Shown here: positions 26,225 to 36,320 of the stretch, in pieces
How positions within the stretch are numbered: position 1 is the stretch's first letter
Layout of the letters: every line of letters starts with the position of its first letter
Virus record (IMG/VR): IMGVR_UViG_3300012942_001467
Span: 1 to 41,001 of that record
Length of the DNA stretch: 41,001 bases
From: a virus
Taxonomy: Duplodnaviria; Caudoviricetes
Reading direction: 5' to 3' (one strand)
Notes under the pieces: generated by a model
Told to the model about the DNA's origin: nothing
The model's database searches: none
Seen by the model: the letters and a program-made list of their open reading frames with translations, nothing else
Made by a program: the position numbers and the translations under genes

Positions 26225-26623
26225 TCAGCGTTTGGCGGGGTCGCCGTTGTGGTCGACCAGCGCGAAACGCTTGCTGTTGGCGAGCAGGTAGTCGACCTGG
26301 GCGTCCGACAGCGCGCCCACCGGCACGCGCCAGTTGTTCCCGATGTGCCACTTGACGGTCGCCGACGCCGGGATGCCGACCGATGACCACTGCTGCGGGG
26401 TGATCTCGGCGTAGGTGCCTTCGCCGAGCCGGGTCGAGCGGCGCTTGAGGTCTTCCTTGTTCTTGGTGATGTTGCTCGGCCCGAGGTACAGCAAGAACTT
26501 GTCACCAGGCTTGGCCTTGGCGGCGTGGGCGGCTTCAGCCTGCGCCTTGGCCTTGTCTGCGTCGGAAACCGCCGGGGTTCCTTCGGGCGGGGTGATCGGG
26601 TTCTCGTTCGCCTGGTTTGCCAT
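26225..26623 (-). CDS. Hypothetical protein
   Basis: RBS GAAAGG; position in the neck/tail region. Confidence 0.7.
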   Translation of the reverse strand: MANQANENPITPPEGTPAVSDADKAKAQAEAAHAAKAKPGDKFLLYLGPSNITKNKEDLKRRSTRLGEGTYAEITPQQWSSVGIPASATVKWHIGNNWRVPVGALSDAQVDYLLANSKRFALVDHNGDPAKR

Positions 26624-26653
26624 ATACCCGTACCTTTCTCTATTCACTTGCGG

Positions 26654-27088
26654 TCAAGCGGTTTTCGAGCCAATAGCGAAGTACGCCGCTGACTTGGAAA
26701 TCGTTTCGTAGCTTTCGTCGGTGATGTCGATGCCGCGGCCGGCGAGCCCGACGTACTCGAGCTGGCGGCCGTCGCCGCCGTTGACCGGCGTGCCGGCTTC
26801 GTTGACGGCTTTGAAGATGTCGTCGCAGCGGTCCAGCAGCGCGTCGAGCCGACCGAAATCGGTCGAGTTCGCGATCGGCCAGTGCGCCCATAGTTCGAAG
26901 TGCTGTGCGGCGTTGTCTTGTATCTCGGTGGCGTAGTCGGTGGTGCGCCAACAGATCACGAGGAACCCGCCGACGTCGTTGGGTCGCTGGTCGGCGTCGT
27001 ACTCTGCGACGATCGTGAACCCGGGCCCGCCGAGCGCGGCGAGCTGGTCGTCGGCGCGCAGCAGCGAGAACACGGCGCCGCGGGACAT
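26654..27088 (-). CDS. Putative tail terminator
   Basis: Size and synteny. Confidence 0.6.
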   Translation of the reverse strand: MSRGAVFSLLRADDQLAALGGPGFTIVAEYDADQRPNDVGGFLVICWRTTDYATEIQDNAAQHFELWAHWPIANSTDFGRLDALLDRCDDIFKAVNEAGTPVNGGDGRQLEYVGLAGRGIDITDESYETISKSAAYFAIGSKTA

Positions 27089-27498
27089 CAGCGTCCGCCG
27101 GCGACTTCCCGATAGCTGCCGGTCAGCTTCGCCATGAACGACTCGCCGATCGCCCGCACCGACTGCATGATGATCGCGAACTTGCCGTGATGCTTGGCTT
27201 CCAAGAAGATTCCGTACCAGACGCCGTGCGCGAACGTGATTTCCTTATGGGCGTGGTCGAACCGCAGCGGGCTTTTCGTCGGCACGGCGTGCAGCCCGGC
27301 CCGCGCCGCGCCCGGTATCCGGTCTTTGCGGTTGCCGGTGTTGTCGCGCCAACGCGCGTGCATCTTCATGTACACGGTGCCTTCGACGGCTGCCTCGTCG
27401 ACGAGCCGGTCAAGGTACTCGTCGTAACGCGGGCCCAGCGAGACGACGTTGGCCTTCAGTTGGGCCAGGCCGCGCGACAGGTGCGAGCTACCCGCCAA
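27088..27498 (-). CDS. Neck protein (HK97 gp10-like)
   Basis: ARW.DNTG..ARAGL..HGVWYGIFLE motif. Confidence 0.65.
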   Translation of the reverse strand: MAGSSHLSRGLAQLKANVVSLGPRYDEYLDRLVDEAAVEGTVYMKMHARWRDNTGNRKDRIPGAARAGLHAVPTKSPLRFDHAHKEITFAHGVWYGIFLEAKHHGKFAIIMQSVRAIGESFMAKLTGSYREVAGGR

Positions 27499-27898
27499 AC
27501 GAGTGCCCCGCGGCTTTCAGGTAGCCGGTGACGGTCGCGGTGACCTGGTAGGTGCGGAAGTCGACCCCTTCGACGGTGTAGGTCGCGACGTCGTCTTCCC
27601 ACGAGTCGCCGAGCTCGACCACAGCGTCGGCCGCGCCGACCATGCGGAACTGGTACTTGCGGTTGGTGCTGCGGTCGGTCTGCGCCGCTTCAGCGCCGTC
27701 GAACTTGCCGGTGTTGAACAGCGCGAACACCTGGGGGTCTCGCGGCGGCACCGGGGCGGTGAAGTCGCGGCCGCCGCCGGGCTTGGCGACCGGCGCGCCG
27801 ACCGGTCTCAGCGTGATCGGCTGGCCGCGCAGCGCCAGCAGCTCGGCCACGGCCGTGCTCGCATCAGCGGTCATGCCGTCGGCCGGGACGGTCACCAT
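27488..27898 (-). CDS. Putative head-to-tail stopper
   Basis: Synteny after the adaptor; GD.W motif. Confidence 0.6.
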   Translation of the reverse strand: MVTVPADGMTADASTAVAELLALRGQPITLRPVGAPVAKPGGGRDFTAPVPPRDPQVFALFNTGKFDGAEAAQTDRSTNRKYQFRMVGAADAVVELGDSWEDDVATYTVEGVDFRTYQVTATVTGYLKAAGHSFGG

Positions 27899-28359
27899 GT
27901 GCAGCGCCGATCGCGGGTCGGTATGCCCGGGTCGATCTGGATTGACCCAAACCGCCGCCGCGGCGTGTGCAGCCGGCAGCGGTCCAGCTCGGCCGCAGTG
28001 AATTCCACCTTGCCGCGCGTGGGGTCGGGCGCGAACGACCGCGCAGTCGTAATGTCCGGTGTCGTCACGCTGTTCGATGTCGTCGGCCCGTTCGGGTTGC
28101 GGTACAAGTCGAGTACCTTGTCCGCCACGACAGCCTTCACACGGTTGAGCCGGTCGGGGTCGCCGGCGTTGACCGAGTCGGCCTGTATCTGGTCGATGGG
28201 CTTGCGCAGCGACGGAACCTGAAACATCAGCTCCGACTCGACGTCGCCGATACGGACGTCGACCCAAGGCAACCGACCGTCGGGGATGGTCCCTTCGAAT
28301 CGGGCTGTCACGTCGTTACGCGACGCGAACTTGCCTTGGGTCGACGCCGGATCGGTCAT
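27892..28359 (-). CDS. Head-to-tail adaptor
   Basis: FAS..DV..., V..V.D.V...YRNP.G motif; start MTDPAST. Confidence 0.75.
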   Translation of the reverse strand: MTDPASTQGKFASRNDVTARFEGTIPDGRLPWVDVRIGDVESELMFQVPSLRKPIDQIQADSVNAGDPDRLNRVKAVVADKVLDLYRNPNGPTTSNSVTTPDITTARSFAPDPTRGKVEFTAAELDRCRLHTPRRRFGSIQIDPGIPTRDRRCTW

Positions 28360-28736
28360 TCGACCGGGACGCCCGCCGCTTCCAGCTCGGCGATGATCTG
28401 TTCTTTCGACAGACCTTCGGTGTCGATGCCGTGGTAGTGGGCGTACTCGCGCCAATGGTCGATGCCCCCACCCTTGCCCGACTTCGGGGGTGGGCCGCCG
28501 GCGCTGCCGGCGGCCTCGTCCTCGTCGTCGGTGTCGGCGGCGGCCAGCGAATCGTTGGCGGGTGTGGCGCCGGTGACCCGTGCCTCGCGTTCGTCGAGGT
28601 CGGTGCCGCCGGCGAAACAGTGTTCACCCAACAGCTTCTCGGCCCACGCCGGAACCTCGCGGCCCGGCAGGAACGAGTGCAACTCGCCGGCCTCGTCGGC
28701 CACGTGCACCGCGTACTTCCCGATTTTCTTCGCCAT
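28356..28736 (-). CDS. Hypothetical post-capsid protein
   Basis: PG.EVPAWA and W.EYA..HGI..SKEQII motifs; RBS GGAG. Confidence 0.7.
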   Translation of the reverse strand: MAKKIGKYAVHVADEAGELHSFLPGREVPAWAEKLLGEHCFAGGTDLDEREARVTGATPANDSLAAADTDDEDEAAGSAGGPPPKSGKGGGIDHWREYAHYHGIDTEGLSKEQIIAELEAAGVPVE

Positions 28737-28770
28737 ATCGGCTTGTCTCCTATCGGTGATGCCCCGTCGG

Positions 28771-29832
28771 CTACGCGACGGTGGCGACGAGAATCTTGCG
28801 CGGGTCGGCCAGCACCGGAAGGGCAACCATGTCGACGTAGGTCGTCTTGCGGAACGGCGGTTCGCTGCCCTTGACGATCATGCCGATGATCCCGGCGCCC
28901 TGGTCGACCTGAACGCCGCTGTCCAGCATCTCCATCACGGTCGTCGGCGTGCCGACGGCGGTGAATCCGAGCTGGCCGAGGTCCGACGGCAAGAACAGGA
29001 ACTTGTTCGCCGGAATCGGCCGCACGATGTTGCCGGCGTCGTCTTCGAAGAACGAGTCGTACACCGAGTCGGCGATCGAAATCGGCGGCAGGTTCTCCGA
29101 GGCGAACAAGTCGCTGATGTCGGCCAACGTCACGCGGGTCACGCCCGTCTGGGCGCCCTTGATGGCGTTGATGAGCGACTTGTTCGTCTGCAACTGGCGC
29201 GCGGTGGTCAGCGAGCACTTGAACTGCCCGGGCCCCGAACCGTTGGTCGCCCGGTACACGTCGTACCAGGCCACCAGATCGGCCAGCGGGTCGCTGTTGG
29301 CCGTGTCCGACCACAGCGTCGCCGGGGTGACCTTCTGGTTGGCCGGGATCGCGTAGTCGAGCTGCTGCTGAACACCGTTCTCGTTGATGGTCAGCACGCC
29401 GTCCGAAAGGACGTCGCCCCAAGCCATTTCGAGCCGGTTGTACGTGTAGGCAGTCAGGTTGTCGAGGTCGTCGTACACGGCGTCGGCCAGAATCTTCTGA
29501 ATCGTGGTAATGCCGTTGGCGTCCGAGCCGAGCTGGGCGAATTCGATCTGCCGGCGCTCGTACTCACCGACGGGCAGCTTGCCGCCCAGCGGGAGCATCT
29601 TGACCCGCTTCTCGGCGCCGCTGTCGCGCGGTGCGATCCAGAACGAACCATCCCAGTTGCGGAACTGCGCGAACCGGTTCGTCTTCGTGATGGTCGCGAA
29701 GTCAATTTCGTCGGTCGCGTAGGTCTTGCGCGGGAACGACTGCAACAGTTGCGTGTTCGACGGAAGTGGCACCGCCTGCGTGTAGGTGACGACGTCTTCC
29801 AGCGGCACCGGGCCGTCAAGGAACAGAGTCAT
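28771..29832 (-). CDS. Major capsid protein (lambda gpE-like)
   Basis: 353 aa, RLE....V...G, DP.AD motifs, follows the decoration gene. Confidence 0.9.
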   Translation of the reverse strand: MTLFLDGPVPLEDVVTYTQAVPLPSNTQLLQSFPRKTYATDEIDFATITKTNRFAQFRNWDGSFWIAPRDSGAEKRVKMLPLGGKLPVGEYERRQIEFAQLGSDANGITTIQKILADAVYDDLDNLTAYTYNRLEMAWGDVLSDGVLTINENGVQQQLDYAIPANQKVTPATLWSDTANSDPLADLVAWYDVYRATNGSGPGQFKCSLTTARQLQTNKSLINAIKGAQTGVTRVTLADISDLFASENLPPISIADSVYDSFFEDDAGNIVRPIPANKFLFLPSDLGQLGFTAVGTPTTVMEMLDSGVQVDQGAGIIGMIVKGSEPPFRKTTYVDMVALPVLADPRKILVATVA

Positions 29833-29835
29833 TAC

Positions 29836-30252
29836 TTACGCCTCCCAACGAATCTGGTTCAGTGCGGCCTTGCCGTCGTCGTCGATCGACCCTGGGCCGG
29901 TCTGGAACGGCAACTTGCCCGCCGACACGGCCGCGTCGTACACGACCGCGCCGGTGCCGACGTGCGAAGCGGTCGAACCGTCCTGGCGGATCGCGCGCAC
30001 GTCGCCGTAGGTCAGCCCGTAGGCGGTCTGGCGGCCGTCGCTGGCCGCCGGGTCGTACGGCCCGAACAGCCCCGTCGCCGACACCTTGCCGATGACGGTT
30101 CCCGACGGGATGTACCCGTTGGGGTAGTGGGTGGCCGGGGTGAACTTGCTGATGTCCAGCGTGACGTTGGGCTTCCAGTCGGGCTCACCCAACAGCCAAC
30201 GCCGGTCGCCCACCTGATACGCGCGCGTCTGCATCGAAATATCCGTCGACAC
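29836..30252 (-). CDS. Head decoration protein
   Basis: IPSGT.IGK..TG..GPYD.AASDGRQ motif. Confidence 0.85.
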   Translation of the reverse strand: MSTDISMQTRAYQVGDRRWLLGEPDWKPNVTLDISKFTPATHYPNGYIPSGTVIGKVSATGLFGPYDPAASDGRQTAYGLTYGDVRAIRQDGSTASHVGTGAVVYDAAVSAGKLPFQTGPGSIDDDGKAALNQIRWEA

Positions 30253-30281
30253 GGCACAACTCCTTTACGTGGTTGGTACTA

Positions 30282-31037
30282 CTAGGTTTTGATGCCGTGC
30301 CGCTGGGCGGCTGCGGCTTTCCCGGCTTCGCCGGGCTTGGCGGGCGGTGCGCCCGATCCACCACTGTGTTGCCCCCACGAGCGCCCGGCGCCTTGGCCGG
30401 CCGCGCCCGTGTAACCGCTTCCCGGGCCCGCGTGCTGCCCGTTGTTGCCCCCGAGGCCGAACATGGCCGTCAGGTGACCCATCACCTTCTCGCGATTGAT
30501 CTCGCCGTTCTCGTCAGCGAACACCGCCGGGTTGACCCCGGCGAGGAATGCGTCGAGCTGTTCGCCCTTGAGAACATCGCTTGCGTAGCCACGCAATTCG
30601 CTGCGCTGGTACTTCGGAAGCCATTCGGCGTTGGCCGCGTCGCGGCCGGCCTTCTCGGCGTCTCTGAGTGCCTTGTCGCTGGCCGACAACTGCGCTTCTT
30701 CGTACTGCTGAAGCTGTGTCTGCATCTGCTCGACCTGCTCGGGCGTAACGCCCTTGTAGGCCGACAATGCGTTCTCGGCTTTGCGGTTGTGGTACTTGAA
30801 GTAGGCCGCGCGTTGCGCGTCAGTCATTTCGGCAATCGGCGTGTTCTCGGGGAAGCCCTTATCGGTGCCGCCCTGGCCGCCTTGGTTGCCCTGGGCGGCG
30901 CCGTTGGTGCCGGTGTCGGCGCTGTTACTGGCCCCGTTATCCGGTGCTTGCCACGTGCCGCCGCTGCCGCCGCCGTTGGTTCCGCCGCTGCTGTTGCTGG
31001 CGTCGCCCTGACTGGTGCCTGATGATGATTCGGTCAA
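30282..31037 (-). CDS. Scaffolding protein
   Basis: Low-complexity N-terminus, coiled coil, synteny; TTG start with GGGAG. Confidence 0.8.
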   Translation of the reverse strand: MTESSSGTSQGDASNSSGGTNGGGSGGTWQAPDNGASNSADTGTNGAAQGNQGGQGGTDKGFPENTPIAEMTDAQRAAYFKYHNRKAENALSAYKGVTPEQVEQMQTQLQQYEEAQLSASDKALRDAEKAGRDAANAEWLPKYQRSELRGYASDVLKGEQLDAFLAGVNPAVFADENGEINREKVMGHLTAMFGLGGNNGQHAGPGSGYTGAAGQGAGRSWGQHSGGSGAPPAKPGEAGKAAAAQRHGIKT

Positions 31038-31039
31038 TG

Positions 31040-31082
31040 TTCAACTCCCATAGCGGGTTTGGTGGATTTCGCCCCTAGCGGG
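31040..31082 (-). promoter_or_regulatory. Tandem CCCGnTAnGGG mini-hairpins over the scaffold RBS
   Basis: CCCGCTAGGGG and CCCGCTATGGGAGTTGAA. Confidence 0.55.
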
Positions 31083-31117
31083 CCAAGCCGACCGGGAATG
31101 GTCGGAAGACTGGTGAA

Positions 31118-32283
31118 CTAGCCGTTGTCGTCGGCGAGTTGCTTGCGAAAGTTGTCGATCATGCGCTCGTGGTATGCGATCTTCGGCGAGTCTTCAGGCA
31201 CGCCTTCGGCGCGCATTTTCTTCGAGATTCGCTTGGAGCACGCCGAGCTGGTGCTGCGCGAATTCCTTGCTTGACGAGGGCGTTTCAGCCGCCGGCGGCA
31301 CGTTTCGGCCGGCGCGTTTTCTTCGAACCAGCCGACCGCGGCTTGTACGCCTTTTTCGGCACGAGCACAGGGCCGAGCTCGCCGTGCTCGTCGATCGCAT
31401 ACCGGGTGCGTTTCAAGTGCGCCACGGTGTTGCCGCCGGCGTGCCCGTAGAGCTGGGCTAGGCCGATGCCGTTGGCGTCATCGCCGGGGTCGTGCTCGTC
31501 GGTGACCGGAGCAATCGTGCACTTGCAGTGCGCGTGGATCGGCATCAGCTTGTCGACCTTGTACACCCGGTCGGCTGCGGCGATGCACATGCCGCACGTG
31601 CCCGTTCGGGACAGTTCGGGGTGAATCACCCGCCGATAGCCGGTCACCTTGGCGCCGGCTTGCACGAGCACCTGTTGCTGTGCGAGCCGCTGCGACAGCA
31701 TCAGGTTGCCGTCGACCAACTCGTCGATGCGCTGCCCGGCTTGGGCGGCCGGGTCGGCGGCGTCGATCGACTTCGCGTACCGGTACACCGCGGCCGGCCG
31801 CTCGAACACGCCGGCGGTGGTCACGTCGGCCTTGGACACGTGCACATCGGGGCCCGCGCCGTCGTAGTCGATGGTCGATGCGGCCTGGTGCAACACGAGC
31901 TGGCCGCGCTTGACGGCGGCCGACGGCGCCCGCACATCGAGCGGCAACGACGGCGCCGCGGCGACCGCGACGCCGAGCGCGGCGAGCTGCTGGGCTTGCG
32001 CCGCGGCAGCCACCCGGCCGGCGGCCGTCTGGGCGGCTTGCATGATCGTCGCAGCCTGCGCGGCGAACGCTTGCACAGCCATCGCGTCGTACGGGTTGAC
32101 CGACACCCACAGCCGGCGGATGGCGTTCTTCGCCCACGCCGCCGTGGCTTCGCGGGTGGCGATGATCTTCTCGGCCATTCCGGCGACCACAACGGCCGGG
32201 TCAGGTGTCGTCTTGCTGGCCGCCAAGGCGGCCGCCATCGCGACGGCCTGGTCGTAGGTGAGCGGTTGGCTAGGCGCCGACAT
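31118..32283 (-). CDS. MuF-like/capsid maturation protein; C-terminus broken by two 1-bp frameshifts
   Basis: GYRRV, CGMC, HAHCKC motifs. As written it stops at 31285, and a coding-like continuation runs to a TAG at 31118. Confidence 0.75.
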
Positions 32284-33844
32284 TCACGGCCGCCAGCGCC
32301 GGCGGTGACGTGTCGCTCGTGGCCGGCGGCGACAGGGGCCCCGGCGGCGTCGGTCCGGCGGCCGGGCCGGTCGACAAGCCCATCAGCGCATCGGTCGTCA
32401 ACCGGGTCATGTTCTGCTTGGTCTCATCAGGCGACAAGTCCCAGATGCGTTCGCAGCGGTCTTCGGTCGACAGCGTGCCTTGCGCCTGCGCTGAGGCGGC
32501 CGCCTGCTCGGCGAGCGTGTGGAATTCGATCGGGCCCCAGTGCAGTTTCATGCGGCGGCCGCGGTCAGCAGCACCGGCCAGCGCGAACGTCATTCGCCAC
32601 AACAGCTTGAGGTTCGGCGACGTGCGGGTGCGCCGGTCACGTACCTTCGCGGTCAACGCCTCCCGCAACAGCCCGGCACCCTGCGCGGAGCCGTTGGCCG
32701 CGTCGGGGGTAATCAGGTGCAACGGGGTGCTGGTGACGGCGGCGAATTCCTTGACGTCATCACGCTTTCCGTTCAACAGCGGCCCGAAATCGGTCTGTTG
32801 GGACTCCCATATCTTGAAGTCCGCCGGTATCTGCCACAGCTCACCCGGCCCGGCGCGGAAGACCTTGTTCAAGTCGACCGGCGGCGCCGTCTGCTCGGGC
32901 GAGTCCTCGTCTTCGGCGTCTTCGTCACCGACGAGGCCGCGCTGCCGCAACGCCTGATACCAGAACCCGATGATGCGTTGCAGCGTGACATCGTTGATCC
33001 GGTCCAACAGGTCCAGGTGCGCCTCGTACTCGCCCAGGCCGTTCAGGTTGTCGAACCGCACGATCGGGATGCCGCCGAAAGCGTCGAGCCCGTCGATGGT
33101 TTCGGGTTGCGTGTCGGCGAGGGTGAAGTTCCTCGACTCGACGTCATAGTTCAACGTCCACTTCTGCCCGGGCAGGAACAGGTGCGCGGTGCGTGACTGC
33201 AAAATCGGGTCGTACTGGTGCACCACGGCGGCCGCGAGCCGCGTCGGGTTGTTCAGATCGGGTATGCCGATGCAGCGGCGCGGGTCGATCGCGTGAATGG
33301 TCGGCGCCGGCGCCCCGGTGCTTTCCAACGTCGGGCCGCCGTCGACGCCGGGCACAACCATCGCATACCCTTCGCCCATCGCGAGCGTGTAGGCGAACAA
33401 GTCCTTGCTGACGGCCGCGAACGCGGTCTCCTCCATGATGTCGGCCGCCAGGTTGTCCCCGTCGGCGTCATCATCGACCAGTGTTGAAATGTCTTGCAGT
33501 TCAAGACGATCCAGCATCGCCGCGATGCACATCGGCGCGTAGTTCGACCGCGCCTTACGGATGATGTCACGAAACACCTCGTGGTACTCCGGCTTGAGCT
33601 GCGGCAACGGCGGGTCGCCCTCGTAGTACGACCACAGCGTGTCCAGATAGCGGTCCCGCGGCGTCCAATACCGGGCGACGTGCCCGATGCTGCGGTCACC
33701 GGTCTGCGGGTCGATGATGTTCGCTGGCCGCACCAGCCGGTCGTTCCACGGCGCCCGGGTCGGCTGCGTGAACATCGCGTTGATCCGGTCGAACCACTGG
33801 CTCGGCGTCAACTCGCCGCGGGTGGCGGGGGTCGGACTGGTCAA
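32270..33844 (-). CDS. Portal protein (SPP1 gp6-like)
   Basis: YYEG..PL, SNY, after terL; TTG start with RBS GAAGGGG. Confidence 0.9.
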   Translation of the reverse strand: MTSPTPATRGELTPSQWFDRINAMFTQPTRAPWNDRLVRPANIIDPQTGDRSIGHVARYWTPRDRYLDTLWSYYEGDPPLPQLKPEYHEVFRDIIRKARSNYAPMCIAAMLDRLELQDISTLVDDDADGDNLAADIMEETAFAAVSKDLFAYTLAMGEGYAMVVPGVDGGPTLESTGAPAPTIHAIDPRRCIGIPDLNNPTRLAAAVVHQYDPILQSRTAHLFLPGQKWTLNYDVESRNFTLADTQPETIDGLDAFGGIPIVRFDNLNGLGEYEAHLDLLDRINDVTLQRIIGFWYQALRQRGLVGDEDAEDEDSPEQTAPPVDLNKVFRAGPGELWQIPADFKIWESQQTDFGPLLNGKRDDVKEFAAVTSTPLHLITPDAANGSAQGAGLLREALTAKVRDRRTRTSPNLKLLWRMTFALAGAADRGRRMKLHWGPIEFHTLAEQAAASAQAQGTLSTEDRCERIWDLSPDETKQNMTRLTTDALMGLSTGPAAGPTPPGPLSPPATSDTSPPALAAVNVGA

Positions 33845-33857
33845 ATCGCGGCCCCCT

Positions 33858-35486
33858 TCACCTGATTTGTCGGAACACTCGTTTCTTCGGCTTCGGCAAC
33901 TTCGGCAACACGTCCATGCGGGCTTGCCACGACAGCACCGCGGCCATCGCTGCATCGAACTTGCGGTCCTTGTGCAACTTGCCCAGAATCCACGCCCGTT
34001 CACCGGTCTGAGGATCAACCAGCGTCGTGTACTGCTTGCCAGCGTTGCCGATATGCCGCGAGAAGTCACCCGTCTCGGGGTCATCGTCGTGGCCGAGCAC
34101 ACCGGACTGCATCGCCCCGACGTAGGTTTGAATCGCGCGGATCATGCGATGCCGCTGATTCGTCCAGAACTCTTCAACGACATCGGGATTCCGGGCCGCC
34201 CACGCCCCGACCGTGTAGTTCCAGTGCGGCGGGTCGGCGTACATCTTCACCACGCGGAACCGGCGGAACAGCTCGGCGCGCTTGGCGTTGACTTCCAGCT
34301 CGTCGACTTCCCAGTCCTCGTCGGCGTCGTGCGGCCGTTCCCACAGCCCGGCCAGCTCTTGCAGGCCGGTGCGCACATCGGTCACCACGAACGCCGTCGC
34401 GTCGCGCATACGGGCGCCGTCGAACCCGACGGTCACCATCGCCTTGGCCGGGATGCGCGCCCCCGGCCGGCGCAGCTCGCGCCAGCGCCGCAAATTGAAC
34501 GCCTGCAAGCCCTGCTGAGTCCACCGGTTACACCAGACCCGTTCCAAGTAGGCGACGTCGGCCTTCGGAACGTCCCACTGCGACGCCAGGTCTTCAATGT
34601 CGGTGCGCGCGGCCAGCTCGGGGCCCGACGCCTCGCGGATCGCCTCGCAGCGTTCTTCGAAGCTGCCCATGTCCCAGCCGTCCGACGCCTGCCGGTGGAA
34701 GTAGAACATGCGCGGCCGCTTGATCTCGCCGCGCGCAATCGCTTCGGCCTCGAAATGGTCATCTTCGGCCTGCGACTGCTGCCCCGGCTCGCCGGCCGTC
34801 GTCACACCGAGCGACCACGGGTCTTGCGCCGTGCGCTTCCCGAGGTTGGCTTCCATCGTGACAACGGCCGCCTTCTCCGACGGCAGATACAGCCGGTGCG
34901 TCTCGTCGTACAAGTTGCACGTCGTGCGGCCGCCATCATTGGTGTCCGGCGCGTTCGCCAGCGGCAACGCCTTCCCATCCGCGCGGCCGCGATCATCGAG
35001 CCGGATGATCCGGTCAAGCGTGCAGTCGAACAGGTCGGCATCGTCGCATTCCTCGCAGATCAGTTTCAGCGCGCCGAACGCCAACTCGGACACCTGCAAC
35101 TTGGCGTTCGCCAGCATCGGAATGAACGGGTCAACAACCGGCCTTCCCTCCTTGAGCGAGCCGTCCCGGTTGAACCCGTTGAACCGAACCGGCGCTTCAG
35201 GATGCAACTCGACGAACGCGACGAACGCCATCAGCTCCGTCTTCGCCGCACCCTTGCGCACCGACAACCGGCCCTTCTTGAACCGGCGGCGCCCGGCCCG
35301 CGGATGCCCACGCGGCCAATGCTCATACAGCCGATACAGGCAGTACCGCCAGTCCTCCGACAACACGACACGCTGCCCCTTGAGGTCACCCGGCCCGTAG
35401 ACCGCGCGTTCCTCGATGAACGCGCAGACCTGATCGCCCAACGTGGGCAACGGCTTATCGTCGTCGGGCGGTACTACCAGCTCCAC
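33858..35486 (-). CDS. terL: Terminase large subunit
   Basis: VRKGAAKT Walker A, YDETH Walker B, TTAG, GFDG, KFDAAMA. Confidence 0.95.
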   Translation of the reverse strand: MELVVPPDDDKPLPTLGDQVCAFIEERAVYGPGDLKGQRVVLSEDWRYCLYRLYEHWPRGHPRAGRRRFKKGRLSVRKGAAKTELMAFVAFVELHPEAPVRFNGFNRDGSLKEGRPVVDPFIPMLANAKLQVSELAFGALKLICEECDDADLFDCTLDRIIRLDDRGRADGKALPLANAPDTNDGGRTTCNLYDETHRLYLPSEKAAVVTMEANLGKRTAQDPWSLGVTTAGEPGQQSQAEDDHFEAEAIARGEIKRPRMFYFHRQASDGWDMGSFEERCEAIREASGPELAARTDIEDLASQWDVPKADVAYLERVWCNRWTQQGLQAFNLRRWRELRRPGARIPAKAMVTVGFDGARMRDATAFVVTDVRTGLQELAGLWERPHDADEDWEVDELEVNAKRAELFRRFRVVKMYADPPHWNYTVGAWAARNPDVVEEFWTNQRHRMIRAIQTYVGAMQSGVLGHDDDPETGDFSRHIGNAGKQYTTLVDPQTGERAWILGKLHKDRKFDAAMAAVLSWQARMDVLPKLPKPKKRVFRQIR

Positions 35487-35495
35487 CGGCAGGCA

Positions 35496-35990
35496 CTAGC
35501 CGACCGACTGCAAGCCGTTGCGCTCGCGGCGAGCCACCCGCGGATCAACCTTGCCGTTCTTCGCCAACTTCGACCCCGACGCCGCAGTGCCCCCGGCGGC
35601 CCGCCGAGACCGACCACGCTCCTGGGCCTCCTCCGCGCGCTCGATCTCCCACTGCAACGACCGGCGCGACATCGGCGTCAACCCGCACTGCGAAAGCAAC
35701 TGCCGAATCTCGGCCGCCAAGTTCTTGCACACGTTCGCGCTGGTCTCCGGCGACCAAAACTCCTGCATCAGCTTCGCCGCCAGATACATCGTGTCCACGT
35801 CCGAATCAGTCCACTCAGGAACCATCGGCGACGACCACGCACGCCGCCACCACGCCTGCACCTGCGGATACCAATCCGGCCCATCCGGCAACGCCGGAAT
35901 CGTCGGATTCTTCACCGGCTTCAACACGGCACGAGTCGACGTCTTGTTACGCCGAGCACGCACCGACGGGTCTTTCGGATGAGGCGGCAT
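35496..35990 (-). CDS. terS: Terminase small subunit
   Basis: PPHPKDPS.RARRNK, WW..AW.SP, GLTPMSR..LQW. Confidence 0.85.
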   Translation of the reverse strand: MPPHPKDPSVRARRNKTSTRAVLKPVKNPTIPALPDGPDWYPQVQAWWRRAWSSPMVPEWTDSDVDTMYLAAKLMQEFWSPETSANVCKNLAAEIRQLLSQCGLTPMSRRSLQWEIERAEEAQERGRSRRAAGGTAASGSKLAKNGKVDPRVARRERNGLQSVG

Positions 35991-35994
35991 GATC

Positions 35995-36032
35995 TTCAAC
36001 TCCCATATCGGGTCGAGGGCTCCCATAACGGG
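35995..36032 (-). promoter_or_regulatory. Tandem CCCGnTATGGGAG elements over the terS RBS
   Basis: CCCGTTATGGGAG and CCCGATATGGGAGTTGAA. Confidence 0.55.
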
Positions 36033-36139
36033 AAATACATTGCGCGCGAACAACATTCACACGCGGGAATCACGTCCAAAACCGCTGGCACGCAACGGAA
36101 TTCAGTAGGCGACCAGGCGGCCAGCCCGGCGAGTTCGCC

Positions 36140-36205
36140 GGAACCGTACAGACCATTTTTCACAGAACAGCGCGGCTGTTCAGTACGTCAGGGGGGAGGG
36201 GTGGA
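36140..36205. other. Candidate cos/packaging region
   Basis: Non-coding gap between HNH and terS; inverted repeat GAACAGC-GCG-GCTGTTC (36165-36181); G-run. Confidence 0.35.
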
Positions 36206-36320
36206 CCGGCTGGGGCCGCGGCCGCCAGCCCCCGGGCGGCGGTGGTCGAAGCCAGGCAACCCTCCCGCGACGGTCACCCTGGCGGGCGGCTGGCGCGCGG
36301 TGACCGTCGGGCCGCGCGTG

